The notes under the pieces: generated by a model
The model's database searches: none
What the model saw: only the letters and a program-made list of their open reading frames with translations
What the model was told of the DNA's origin: nothing
Shown: piece by piece, positions 52,477-64,000 of the stretch
Position numbering within the stretch: position 1 is the stretch's first letter
Layout of the letters: every line of letters starts with the position of its first letter
Assembly (NCBI GenBank): GCA_012295275.1
Contig: CM022679.1
Span: 2,790,001-2,854,000, forward strand
From: Chrysomallon squamiferum
Taxonomy: Eukaryota > Animalia > Mollusca
Direction of reading: 5' to 3'
DNA: 64,000 nucleotides
Translations under genes and position numbers: made by a program

Positions 52477-53381
52477 TTTATTTATTTATTTTCAAACCTT
52501 ACCTAATAACAAAGTATGTAGACAGCTGTATAACATGTGCACTTTAAATGAATGTGATTGTTTTACCTAGCTGCAGCTTGGCGAGTTTTTCTCCAGCATG
52601 TTTGTCTCCACTGTCATCAGCTTGCTCCGATGTTTGTTGTCTGATGCTGCTGACGTCTTCTGACGTTGTCGTATCGCGGAACTTCTTACGTGGACTGGCA
52701 GCCAAATACACACCCTGAAAGAAACAGCAAGCTGGTCTCTTTCCATAATCCGTAAAGTATGTGGGTGGGTGCGTGTGTGATGTGTATATGTGCTGGTGTG
52801 TTTTTTTATGCGTGCGCGTATGTATATTCACATGTATTGAGTATCTGTGCGGACGTGTTCGGTATCTGTGCGTGTGGGGGCGTGTGTGTTGTGTTGTATT
52901 TTATCTAAAATGAAGTGGAATTGACTTAAATCGACCTATCAGCCCCAATGAAACCTAACAGAATATATAAGTTGTCACACATTATTACCTTTGAGGTCTT
53001 ACTAGTTATTGGTCGCGTTATAAGTGGTTTCAGGTAATTTCCTCCGTGATTTAGAGCGGCACCAGCTATAGGTGGAAGTCGAAGATCTTCAACTTTGTTT
53101 TCCTTTTCACCCTCGACTTTGACTTGGCTGTTAGGCGTAACAATGTTGGGTAGTTGTATGTTGTTGTCGCAGTTCCTGATCACCAGTCGTGACTGATGCT
53201 CCTTTATGATGGCGTCGTAGTCGATGAGACCAAGCCTGTCACTGGGTTTGTTATAGCCAGGCAGTGTCTTTTCCTGTGGTAAATTAAAAAATATAGAGGG
53301 ATGTCATAAATGTATCTCTGATACAAATAATGTCCGTTGGGTATTGTATTTTGGTATAAGGATGTTAGGAAAATGTTAATG

Positions 53382-53419
<38 letters not shown>

Positions 53420-55038
53420 TGCTGCTGTTGTTTGTAGTAGAAGCCCAGATAGTAACAGAAATATTGGAAAAAATATTATTAGCAGTAGTAGTAGGAGGAG
53501 GAGGAGTAATAGTTGTTGTAGTTGTAGTTGTAGTAGTAGTTGTTGTAGTTGTAGCAGTAGCAGTAGCAGCAGAAGCAGTAGTAGTAGCAACAGTAGAAGT
53601 AGTAGTAGCAGTGGCAATAGTAGTAGTCGTATTAGTAATATTAGTAGAGTAGAAATAGGTAGAAGTAGTAGCAGTTGTATTATCAGTAGCAAGCAGTGGT
53701 TGTAGAAATACTGTTATATGTAACATGCTGTGTTATTTTTACTCTTGGAGACAACATTTTGACTACTGAAGTTTTGGAAGAAGATGTCGTCAGTAATAGG
53801 GATGAAAAGCTTGTATAAGTAACGTATTACATTGTACAACAAAAATAAAAATAAATAAATAAATAAAGATTAGCGTAACGTAATATCCACGCGTGTAAAA
53901 CAGTTAAATAATGTAAATCATTATATTAATAAGCCCAGTGTATTTACGTAACGTAAATAAAATACATGTTTATTAAACAGGTAACATACGAGCTGCTTTT
54001 CCATCTCAAACTGGTTTCGGTACAAGTCGGGCTCACTTCGAGTTGTCAGAATCTCGTCTCGCTGTGTGCTGTCACTGCGCATGCGTATGTCCCACCTTCC
54101 GAACATTTTCTTCTTCTTTCTTGCGGCTTTTCTCTCCTCTGTTCAGCGACCATTAACAGAGAATTTTAACTTTTGTTATTTAAAGCAGATTAAGAGAAAA
54201 TATTGATGACCATAAATTATAAAGTAATACGAAAATGTTAGAAGTCGAGTTTAGTTGAACAGGCCTTCATCTACGCATTTATTTCTGTCAGTGTTGAGTG
54301 TGTGTCTGTGTATCAGATATACAGAGAGAAACAATTTGTAAGGGTGTTTATGTACGTGTGTCTTTCTGTCTGTGTTTATGTGTGTACAGTGTATAATACA
54401 GTGTATGTCTAAGTGTGAAATCTGACTCACCATATTCTATGTCTCTTGGCTGAACTTTCCGTAATTTCTTTAGCACTGACAAACTTCCCTGAAAGAAATA
54501 AGTATTCATATATGAGTGTATGTCTGTGTGCGTGTGTGTGTGTGTGTGTGTGTAAACGATGTCGCACGTACACACTGACACTGACACGGACTTTTCAACG
54601 AAACTGGACAAAGGTCATTAGATGAAGTTTCAACATGTAATCACAACTTAAGCTCCTGTCAAATTATTATTCAACATACAACAACCCAACCTGAAACAGC
54701 GGTTAACAGTTAATAATATCATCAAACACCCGAGCTTCAGCCGTTCATACTGAAAGCTTATGATTTCCCCATAAAATGAAAAAAGAAAATTAAAAAATGA
54801 CGTGAGCTACGAAAATCTACAGACACAGAAAAGATATCTGATGCAGTGTTTGGCTTTAAGCTGTAGTTTAGTTTATCAGATACTGGTCAGATTTACTTAT
54901 AATAACCTCAGAACGTAGAATTTTGTAACAGTAATTACTGTGTAAAAAACTGGTGAAAATAATGTTTGAAATCTTACTGATTTTACAATGTAGATCCAGT
55001 CTGAATTGTTGCTATCTCTCACCAGAACTTGGCCTCGA
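48315..55038 (-). CDS. Cyclic nucleotide-binding domain protein (CNBD2-like), 3' exons
   Basis: Phase-consistent GT-AG exons: 55038-54978 (RGQVLVRDSNNSDWIYIVKS), 54488-54431 (GSLSVLKKL..), 54138-53990, 53273-52989, 52714-52567, 52122-51974 (..VQVIERGQYF), 49068-48934 (GVSNMVYPEQPSLYLVSNGAECIVMSKKFF..), 48497-48315 (ECPFPTEEYLQRNLQDYVNWK..GPL*). IYIVKSG...GQYFG...LVSNGAEC form a cNMP-binding barrel split by a long insert. 5' exons were not found in the window. Confidence 0.8.
49048..50163. repeat. 39-bp minisatellite (about 28 units, two subtypes, 312-bp higher-order repeat) built from the CNBD intron/exon junction
   Basis: Minus-strand unit ttattcgttaattaacgtaCAG-gatgt(aattaacagagt|cagtaacgtggt). 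A diagnostic variant recurs at 49544 and 49856 (8 x 39). Confidence 0.95.
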
Positions 55039-55569
55039 CTGAAATTAAAACAATGTGATTACTACATCCGTATGACATAATTCTATTAGACTATTATAGA
55101 ACGTAAAACAGAAATAATATAAGTCCTAGAGATGAACACACAATATACATGTATTCATACCCTGACACATAGAAATACTTTTTTTCTGTTTAATTCTTTT
55201 ATTTATTTATTTATTTATTTAAATTAATTTCTTCAGTTTTTTACATGTTTGGATTGTATTCCTTTGTCTAACAATTTATGATTCATTGTTTTAGAAATAA
55301 AAAAACAAAATGTCGAAATAAACAAACCCTGCATATATACATCAGCGAAGTTACAGAAATATTTTTAATAAATGTAAAATTATGTTTAATTAAAAAGAAA
55401 AAATACATAAATATTTTTTAAACTGAAATGAAAAAAAACAAATCTGCTGACAATCTGTGACTGCGATAACTCGTATCATTTTGTTTCATAAACAGCAGTA
55501 AAGTGGAATGTTGACTGACAAACTAATTGTTTTATTTACATTAGGCGGACTGTATATATTGGTCTAAAC

Positions 55570-55860
55570 CAGGCGTGGGCAATCTTTTTTTAAGAAGCGG
55601 GCCACATGAAACATGGCTCTATTTCAGGCAGGCCGCAGGTACTAATTTAGGCGATTTTGTGGTTTTACGAAGAGTTTATTTTAAGAAAATTTTCATTTTC
55701 ATTTGTTTCAGGAACTGTTATAACAAAAAAACATTACCAGTGTTTTAGTACATTAGTAGATACAAAATACACTCATTTGGTAAAATTTGAATTAACGTTA
55801 TTTTCCTTGTGAAATTAGGCGGGCCACTGAGAAAGCCGCGCGGGCCGCAGTTTCACCATG
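55570..55860. mobile_element. hAT/Charlie-like MITE remnant
   Basis: 5' end CAGGCGTGGGCAA after gtctaaac; internal gcgggccac/gcgggccgc motifs typical of Charlie MITEs; 3' TIR eroded. Confidence 0.5.
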
Positions 55861-56771
55861 ACAACAAGTTTGGTCAAAAAGACAGATCGTCCCGAATACA
55901 GATAACTAAGATAAAACAATAAAACATTTTTATTGTCTAACAAATAAAGCAGTATAAATGTTATTAATAGAAGTTTTACTTTTAATGAGCTTTACAGAAG
56001 AAAAATAAAATACTCGGTGATATCTGTAATTTGCGCAATGTTTATACACACAATGTTTTCGTAGATTTTCTGATGACATTTTTTTTATGACACTACGCGA
56101 AAAAAAAATGACCTCTGCTAACCTGGTACAGAGAGTAACGAGTTATTTCTCACAGATATTAGTTTAATTCTGAATCGCAGAGGCAACACTTTAACAACAT
56201 CTTTCAGTTGTTAAATTACATCCATTGTTGAGTAATGAAGGTGTCTGTTGATCCCAGGTGGAAATCAATTATATAGCGACAAACAGGTAAGTGTATATTT
56301 ATTTATCTATTTTATTTTATTATTATTATTTTTTTAAATTGATATTTGTTTCGTTGGTAACAACATTTAATATCTCATTGTGCTATAATAATATTTATAA
56401 GAAGTATATAGCTCCTCGAAAAACTGAATAATCGATGTGTCAAACGTGCTTGTATTTTAATGTTCTAATGTGTAAGTTTTATTCAAGTATATTTTCAGGT
56501 TTCACATGGTGGCTTTTAGGGGGTTTTGAGGGTTTTGTTTTTCTTAAAAACAATTAATATTTAATGTGGTCTAATAATTGTGGTATAATAATATTTTTTA
56601 AGAGTTTCGTCTGAGGTTTTTGAATAATTATCAGAGAATTTAATAATTTATACATATAGTAGTATAAAAAAACTATTAAATGTTTCAAGTTTTCTGTTTT
56701 ATTTCGAATTGTTTATTTTTTCTCTCTCTCTTTATGCTAGACAGTCTGTACGTATTGTATAATAAAGCTAA

Positions 56772-57331
56772 CGAGGATTATTTGGAATAAAGACAAAGAG
56801 ATTCACAGACTGGGGACATTCTGGACCTGCCCTCATTTAGGTCAACGTCGGGTCATGAAGCTGGCTAGAACAGGATTACATTATGATGAAGAAAGGAGAG
56901 AGATCCGATGTCACGTGTGTAACAGAGGTGTAGCTGTGAGTGAGATCGACCATGAAACTGATGACAACCGCCTCCACCTTCGGCTGTCACCAAACTGCCG
57001 TTTGTCGTCTGGGACGTATTCTCGTAATGTTCCCATTCAGAATGAAATGTCGCTGAGACATGTCGCACAATTGGAACAGATGTACAGACGTCTACAGCAG
57101 GAAAACAACAGAAATTCTACGTGTCCCGGTCACGCGTTCTTCCGCCAGGAATCCTCAGCAATTGTAACATTGAGCAGAGCTGAAGATTCGTACCAATTTC
57201 TGAAAGTCACAGACCGTCTTGTCCCTAGTTCTTCATTTGACGTACGCCGGCTGCTAAGGGAGAATGCAGAACCAGTTCTTGAAGACGGTGCTTACAGAAT
57301 AGAAGGAAAGCATGAACTGGCTATAGGCTAG
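56772..57331 (+). pseudogene. Single-BIR IAP-like copy 3; original start codon deleted (N-truncated ORF 56855-57331 or pseudogene)
   Basis: aaagctaac[atggc deleted]gaggatt relative to BIR2. The frame is otherwise open (RIIWNKDKEIHRLGTFWTCP...CHVC-x18-H-x6-C). The next ATG at 56855 lies after the R..TF helix. Confidence 0.65.
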
Positions 57332-58905
57332 AAACTGTGAACGTTTCGTGTTAACCCAGTGGCGGATCCAGAAATAAAATAAGGGGGGGGGTGGCTAGAT
57401 TGGGATGGAGTGAACTTTCTGGGAGTCCTGTTCCTCAAAGACGATGAACAAAGCACATCATAATATGATGTTCATACAGTAATGAATTTATTTTCCACCA
57501 CAACATAATTAGGCCAGGTTTACACGAGGCCACAACCGACATGGTCACACTGTTCATAAAATCAAGAGTGAAATTCTGCCTGTTTTAAAATCAAGCAAAA
57601 CAAAATAAAGGTAATTGTTTCAGTGACTGTCGTTTGTAAAATATTCAGGAACTGAAAAAAGAACTTCTGAATTTTTTTTTGCCAGAGTGATAGTTCTCCT
57701 CGGAAGTTAGCATTTATACTTAATTGTTCATATGTAATCGCCTCCATACTGGTAATAATATTATATAATAATAAAATCAATGTCTGTCCAATGACTGGTG
57801 TTGTTCAGCAGTAGTACAATGATGTACATGCGTTAAACCTCGGTAAACACACATCACACGCTTTAAATTTGATAATGATATTATTTAGTAGTATTTAATA
57901 AAATTAGTTTATCAGATAAAGAGTAACTTAGGATACGCTGAGAAACACTGACATGAAAGAAACAAAAGATAGTCAAGTAGAATAGGTTTAACTGTTTATA
58001 ATATCAGGCTCATAACAGCAGTTTACATTTACTCGCCAAGTGGCTAGTGAATAAAGAAAACTGCACAAACAACAAGCCAAGTCAGGATTTTTACTAGCAG
58101 GCATCATAATAATTTAGACACATTTAATAGAATGAATGAATTTTACACCACAACCTCTATTACTTGAATTAGGAGTCAACATTTAGTAATTATATAAACA
58201 GCATACTGTATAATTTTTGAAATATGGATCGACTGAAACGCTAGTACCTGGTATTTCAAAAAATTCGTTGCTATCATCGACTTAAATATATATTAATTGT
58301 AACAGTCAAATGCTTTTATTTCAGTGGCTTGCAGTGTTCGCGGGAAACTTAAAACGCTATCAAGTAACTTATATTTTGTGAAGTTGTAATCTACACTACA
58401 CACTTTAAAAAGAATCTTCTCTTTCTTATAAACATTGATATTGTTTTGTCACCATCGGTTAGATCTGCTTCGTGCTCACTGTACTAGAACTTGTTATATC
58501 CGAATTAGTGAAATACAATATAACTTTTCTGAAGCACAAATACACACGTGCGTGCATGCATGCATACATACATATATACATACATACACATATACCTACC
58601 TACATACATACAGTCATACATATGTACGTACGTACACACGCAGACAAATATGCATGGAAATTATTATACACATACATATATAGTAATTTATTCTTTTTTT
58701 CACCGAATTCTGATTTTGCACAGCACTGACTCATCCCTTGACAATTACTGTTAACATTTTGACTAGCTACAGCTGAACCGTAATGACCTCAAAATATTAT
58801 CTGAAATCAAATCTCGTCACGTTAATCATAATAACAATTAAAAATCACAAAAAACAACAAAATAAACAGAAATTAAATAAAACTGACCATCATTTGAGTA
58901 ATTAA

Positions 58906-58946
58906 GGTGTTTTCCCCAGGTGGAAATTCCCAAGATAAACAAACAG
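58906..58946 (+). promoter_or_regulatory. 5' non-coding exon of BIR4 with consensus kappaB site (GGAAATTCCC = GGGAATTTCC on minus, 58922-58931)
   Basis: Paralogous to 42488-42529; ends in AG|GTAAGT. Confidence 0.5.
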
Positions 58947-59289
58947 GTAAGTTATAATTTATTACACTTATTTTAATTAGAAAGTTTGTTTCTAAAGATT
59001 CTTTACTTGAGAAATCTATACATGATTTCATAAAACGCAAAACAGAATTGCTTGATTACTGCTTCTTGAGAAGAGTCAAGTCGTTGTTATTATATATCTG
59101 CAAAACATTCTTCTCTGTACTGTGATCATACAGTTTATCTGAATGACAGTTTCATTCTGGCGAAATCAGAGTTTTAAAGAGAAAACAAAAGACTACAGGT
59201 AATGTATTGTCTTTTTTCTATTTTCACATTAGTCTCGATGTGGATTTGTTGCAGGGTTTCTAACTTGTTTTTATTTATTTATTTTATTA

Positions 59290-59323
<34 letters not shown>

Positions 59324-61123
59324 GTTATGATTATTATTATTTATTTTTTGTTTTTGTTTTTTAGTTGTTCATTTGTTATTATTTATTTTATTTTATTGTA
59401 TTTTATTTTTAATATATTTTTGTTTCGTTTTTTTTTTTCTTAAACAACATTTAATATCTAATTGCATTATAATAATATTTAAAAAAAAATAATAATAAAA
59501 ATAAAATAAAACAAGTAGTAAACATTCTAATATGTAGAATACAATCCTGCTTTTACCATGACTCTACAGTTTTACTAAAATTGATATTTTAATATTCATG
59601 ATGGGAATTTTATCCCATGAATGATTAATTACTTTCAGTAAGTTGATGTTGTATTGTTTCATAGGTGTTATTACAAAAAGTACAAGCACTGCTATTAATT
59701 TAATGAATGAAATGTAAAAATGTATTAGTGGTTAAAATTCTGAACCTAAACGAAAATAGAGTGAAATCTTTTAGTCATTAAAATGAAGATAATATGTTCT
59801 CCTTGTTTAGTGTCATAAATAAATCCATGATTTCCATGCATCATCTGAGGTTTTGGAATAACTATCAGAGAATTTAATAACTTATACATTTAGTAGTAGT
59901 TCTACCATTACTATTTATAGTAACAATAGTAGTAGTAGTGGTGGTTGTAGCAGTGGTGGTTGTAGTAACAGCAGCAGTTGTAGTAATGAATTAATTAATT
60001 TAATCTGTTTTAACTAATACTTTATGTAATAAAAAAGAAGATACGTAAGTGCATTTTGTTTCTTAGATAAAATATTCTGTCTCTTGTTACACGTGTCATA
60101 CCGACAAGCTTGAACCTAACAGCGCTCTGTCATGCTTAAATAATTTGCTAACACGAGTCTGTTGAGCTGACATATAAATAGAGCAGAACCAAGATCCTGT
60201 ATATTCTGCGACGGTTTCCAAATAATGTAGAGGAGCTTATTGTAATGACTGATGTAACAACATGCATATCAGTAAGAACATATTTATTGTTTGTTTTTTG
60301 TTTTTTGACCCATTGGGAATTCGATCACGTGGAAGTAAGCCCACTGAATGCAACAGATACAAGTGACATGAAACTATACCTGTTAGGTAAATATCAGAAA
60401 CATGAAATGATGAACTCTTTATTTCGAAGTCTTCTAGAAAAACCCCAAGATGTATATATTTTAATGTTTTCATGTGTAAGTAAGTTTAAGCAAAGTCAGT
60501 TAATTTTCTTCTGTTTTCGCTTGTTATTGTGGATACATTTTTTTTTTTTTTTTTTTTCTGTTTTTATTTATTTATTCATTTATTTATTAATTTAAATTAA
60601 TTAACTAATTTACTTTTTTTCAGTTTCGAGCGAAGACAGACTGGTGCTGGTTTGACATATTGCTAATCACCACAGTACGCCTCAGTAAGTTTGAACACAA
60701 ATTTCTCTTCTTTGTCTTTTTGATTTGCCTGCCGTTTATATAATACACATTAACACAGAATCAGTAAATGAATTACCATAGATATACTACTATTACTACT
60801 AGCATTACCATTCAGCTATCACTACTACTATGCTGCTGCTGCTTCTACTACTATTTATACTACTACAGTAATGTCATTACTATTATTACTACTTCTGTCC
60901 TATCAGTCCTGTTATTTCTTCGACTACTAACACTAATTGTACTACATCTCTCTGTCATTATGTCACTCTTCATCTTTTACACTCTCATGTCCCATTCATT
61001 CTCTCTTTATATCTATTTCATCTCTCTCAATTTCTCTTCCTCCATCCATCTGTTATCTTCCTCACTGGTTCTCTCTGTCTCTATTCCTCTCTCTATATAT
61101 ATATCTTTTATTTCTTTCTATCA

Positions 61124-61218
<95 letters not shown>

Positions 61219-61397
61219 GTTTTCCTTTAAACACTTTAATTGAGTAATTAGAATTTCAGAATATTTTATTTTCAGAAACACGCCCATTCTCACTTATTCT
61301 ATTCTGTTAATATTTTCCTTGGGCAGACAGAGAAGACTATCGTTTCTCGGAGAAGGTTCCAGAAACAACAGTTTTGAACATTTAAAATAAAGCTAAC

Positions 61398-61925
61398 ATG
61401 GCGAGTAGTATTTGGAATAATGACAATGAGTTTTATCGACTACTGACATTCCAGACCTGCCCTGATGTAGGACAACGTCGGGCCACGAAGCTGGCTAGAA
61501 CAGGATTACATTATGATGAAGAAAGGGGAGAGATCCGGTGTCACGTGTGTAACAGAGGTGTAGCTGTGAGTGAGATCGACCCTGAAACTGATGACAACAG
61601 TCTCCACCTTCGGCTGTCACCAAACTGCCCTTTGGCGTCTGGGACGTATTCTCGTAATGTTCCCATTCAGGCCGACATATCGCTGGGACATGCGACACAA
61701 TCGGTGCAGGAAAGCAACAGGAATTCTAACAGAAATTCTGCATATGCCCAAATTGTAACATCCAGCGGAGCTGGAGTTTCGTACCAGTTTTTACTAGACA
61801 CAGACAGTCTTGTCCCCAGTTCTTCAACGTTTAACTTAAACCAGCTGCTAATGGAGATTGCAGAGTATGTTCTAGAAGACGGTGGATATATAATGGAAGG
61901 AAAGCACAAACTGGTTATAGGTTAG
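61398..61925 (+). CDS. Single-BIR IAP-like protein 4 (complete BIR, no RING), 175 aa
   Basis: EFYRLLTFQTCP...KLARTGLHY...IRCHVC-x18-HLRLSPNCP-LASG..NVPI has all BIR hallmarks (R..TF, LA..G.Y, CCHC). Confidence 0.8.
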   Translation: MASSIWNNDNEFYRLLTFQTCPDVGQRRATKLARTGLHYDEERGEIRCHVCNRGVAVSEIDPETDDNSLHLRLSPNCPLASGTYSRNVPIQADISLGHATQSVQESNRNSNRNSAYAQIVTSSGAGVSYQFLLDTDSLVPSSSTFNLNQLLMEIAEYVLEDGGYIMEGKHKLVIG

Positions 61926-64000
61926 AAACTTTATTACGTACCAGTGTGTCGAGGCGAACATATTTTAAGCAGCGGATCTAGTGGAGATGCAATGAGCTCT
62001 TGCTAAGGGCGATCGAAAATTAAAAAACTGACTAAATAAAGCGCTTGGCAGTTTCCACAGAAAGAAATTAGCTACAAGTTCTCACGAATCGATGACAGTC
62101 AGGGCTGTCTAACCACCTCTGTAATTTATCGTGGATTCGCCGCGGTTGTATTCATTTAATACAGAAACATCAATCAAGTCAGAATCTCAGTACGAGATTG
62201 ACTGCCGCTGTAAGAATGTTGTGGAAGGAAACTATGCAGAACAGAAGAAAAGATTATCGTAAAAAACTAAAAATGTGATTTTTGTTTGCTTTGAATCGAC
62301 TTTACGATAACTGAAATGTAAAGCTGTATATGCGGGTAGCAGGAATCATATGTACATGTTTGGTTTCTTCTCGTTCTTCTTGTGTTGGCCAGTTTTCTCT
62401 GGTAGACAGTGACACACGACTTTCTTCTTTAAAATATGGAAAGATATATAAATAATGATCTTTAGGTTAATAATACCCTTTTTATATTTGTTTTCTTGCT
62501 CTTTTCTTTTTTTTTTTTCTTGTTTCTTTTTTATTTATTTATTTGTTTTAGCTTTCTTTCTTTCTTTTTTCTTGTTTTTCTTTCATCTTCAAAATACACA
62601 TAAATTATTTTGTATTCTCTTTCACTAAAACTGACTATAAATTAAACAACATGTTTTGAATGTTGTTCGCGAGTTTTGTCTCTTACCTTTTAAAAACAAC
62701 AACAAACAAACAAACAATATCGTATGCTATTTTTCGTTTCTTTTTGCGATAAAGATTAACGTAATAACGTATTACCGTCAGATAAATAAAACATCACGTA
62801 TATTCGCTATATTATTACTTCCTATTTCGATTATCCATGTTGTCCATTCAGCGATGTAGAAAAACCTGAGCGTGACTAAATTTCTGTTCTGTTATTTAAT
62901 CTTATTTTCAGCTTGACAGAAATATATCTTTGTTAAAATCATCGACAAAAGTGTATAGGTATAATTTTATTTACTAGGATCTACTTAGTGAAGTTTTATA
63001 ATGAAAACGTGGCCAAAGAAAGTGAGTATTGTCACTGCCTCTAGGCGGTCTAAAGCTCGGCGGTGTGTTTATTTATTTCTCACTACAATAACGGATCTTT
63101 GCGATATCAGGCTGATAATGTAACCTTTCTGTACAATCCAATAACCAGGCCTACTGACAGCGGGAGGGAGATGACGGTTTAATGTTTGTTATCGCAGTAG
63201 CACCGCAGTTTTCTGCGCATGTCGAGATATCAAATCTGATATGTTTGTCAAAGAGAGGCGGTCTCGGGTGCGGATCCAGAACTTTTTACACAGGGGTGGG
63301 GCTGCTACCCTTTGATGTTGGAGACTTTTATCAGGAATGGCCTCCCCACGTGTCCAGAGAACGAGCGAAGAACACTAAAATCATTCAAAACGAATGTTAG
63401 CACGTTGTTAAGTGAGTGGTCTCCACACATACTCCTCTATGGAGATTTTATACGTTGGCGAAGAAGACTGCAACAGAAATACAGAAATATTTTCTTACTC
63501 CAGTAAATAAAATGTATTAAGCGACATCTTTTGATGACATTTCGCAATATTCGTTTCAAGTTTTCTAACGGTTTTAAAGTCTGTTTAATTGATAAATAAA
63601 TTATTAGATATTTTTAGATACAAACGGAAGTAACAGATGCCAGCTGTTAGACCGCTTTAAGAAACCGATATGTGAAACACCTAATAACAGATATGTGAGA
63701 CACCTAATAACAGATATGTGAGACACCTAATAACAGATATGTGAGACACCTAATAACAGATATGTGAGACACCTAATAACAGATATCCGTGAGATTTAAT
63801 AACCTTTATCTTTGACATCTAATAACATTTAAACACACGGTTCAATTACCCAGACCCTCAGTCATTCTACACTATTTATTTATTTATTTAAATTAAGATA
63901 GACTACATACACACATACAACCGTGTTAATCACCACAGTACGCTGCTTTTGTTTTACAGTTTCGCTCCTGGTTGTGTCCACACGAACTCTCCTTACAGTA

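Noticed and set aside
28049-61293. Numerous low-complexity ORFs (SLSL, ERER, THTH, poly-L/V/I/S)
   Set aside because: Translations of (CT)n, (AG)n, (CA)n, (TAG)n and (AAT)n microsatellites, with no splice or homology support.
62305-62430. Minus-strand segment (..ENWPTQEE..YSFTFQLS|gtaaag) as the next upstream CNBD exon
   Set aside because: The phase fits but the peptide does not convincingly resemble the expected cNMP-domain N-terminus.

Overview
AT-rich, microsatellite-laden, intron-containing animal DNA (invertebrate; lophotrochozoan/mollusc-like by gene and repeat content, which is an inference), with a 200-N scaffold gap at 27571-27770. Left of the gap are the last three coding exons of CCDC96, then an unannotated-looking cluster of small type-I membrane receptors with BCMA/TACI/Grindelwald-type six-cysteine domains. 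The cluster has three intact genes (A, 3 CRDs; B, 1 CRD with an ITIM-like tail; C, 1 CRD with two duplicated alternative tail exons carrying different TRAF-type motifs), a frameshifted tandem copy D and a degraded copy E. C and D are preceded by a 16-bp-period array of NF-kappaB-like sites. Right of the gap are the last exon of a Rhes/Dexras (RASD) GTPase, four paralogous single-BIR, RING-less IAP-like ORFs (one inverted pair, one tandem pair), and the 3' part of a cyclic-nucleotide-binding-domain (CNBD2-like) gene. In that gene a splice acceptor has been amplified into about 28 in-frame 39-bp copies. The most interesting reading is a rapidly duplicating, possibly NF-kappaB-responsive TNFR/TRAF/IAP immune-signalling neighbourhood. 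All exon models were read by eye from GT-AG and phase consistency; no database searches were run.
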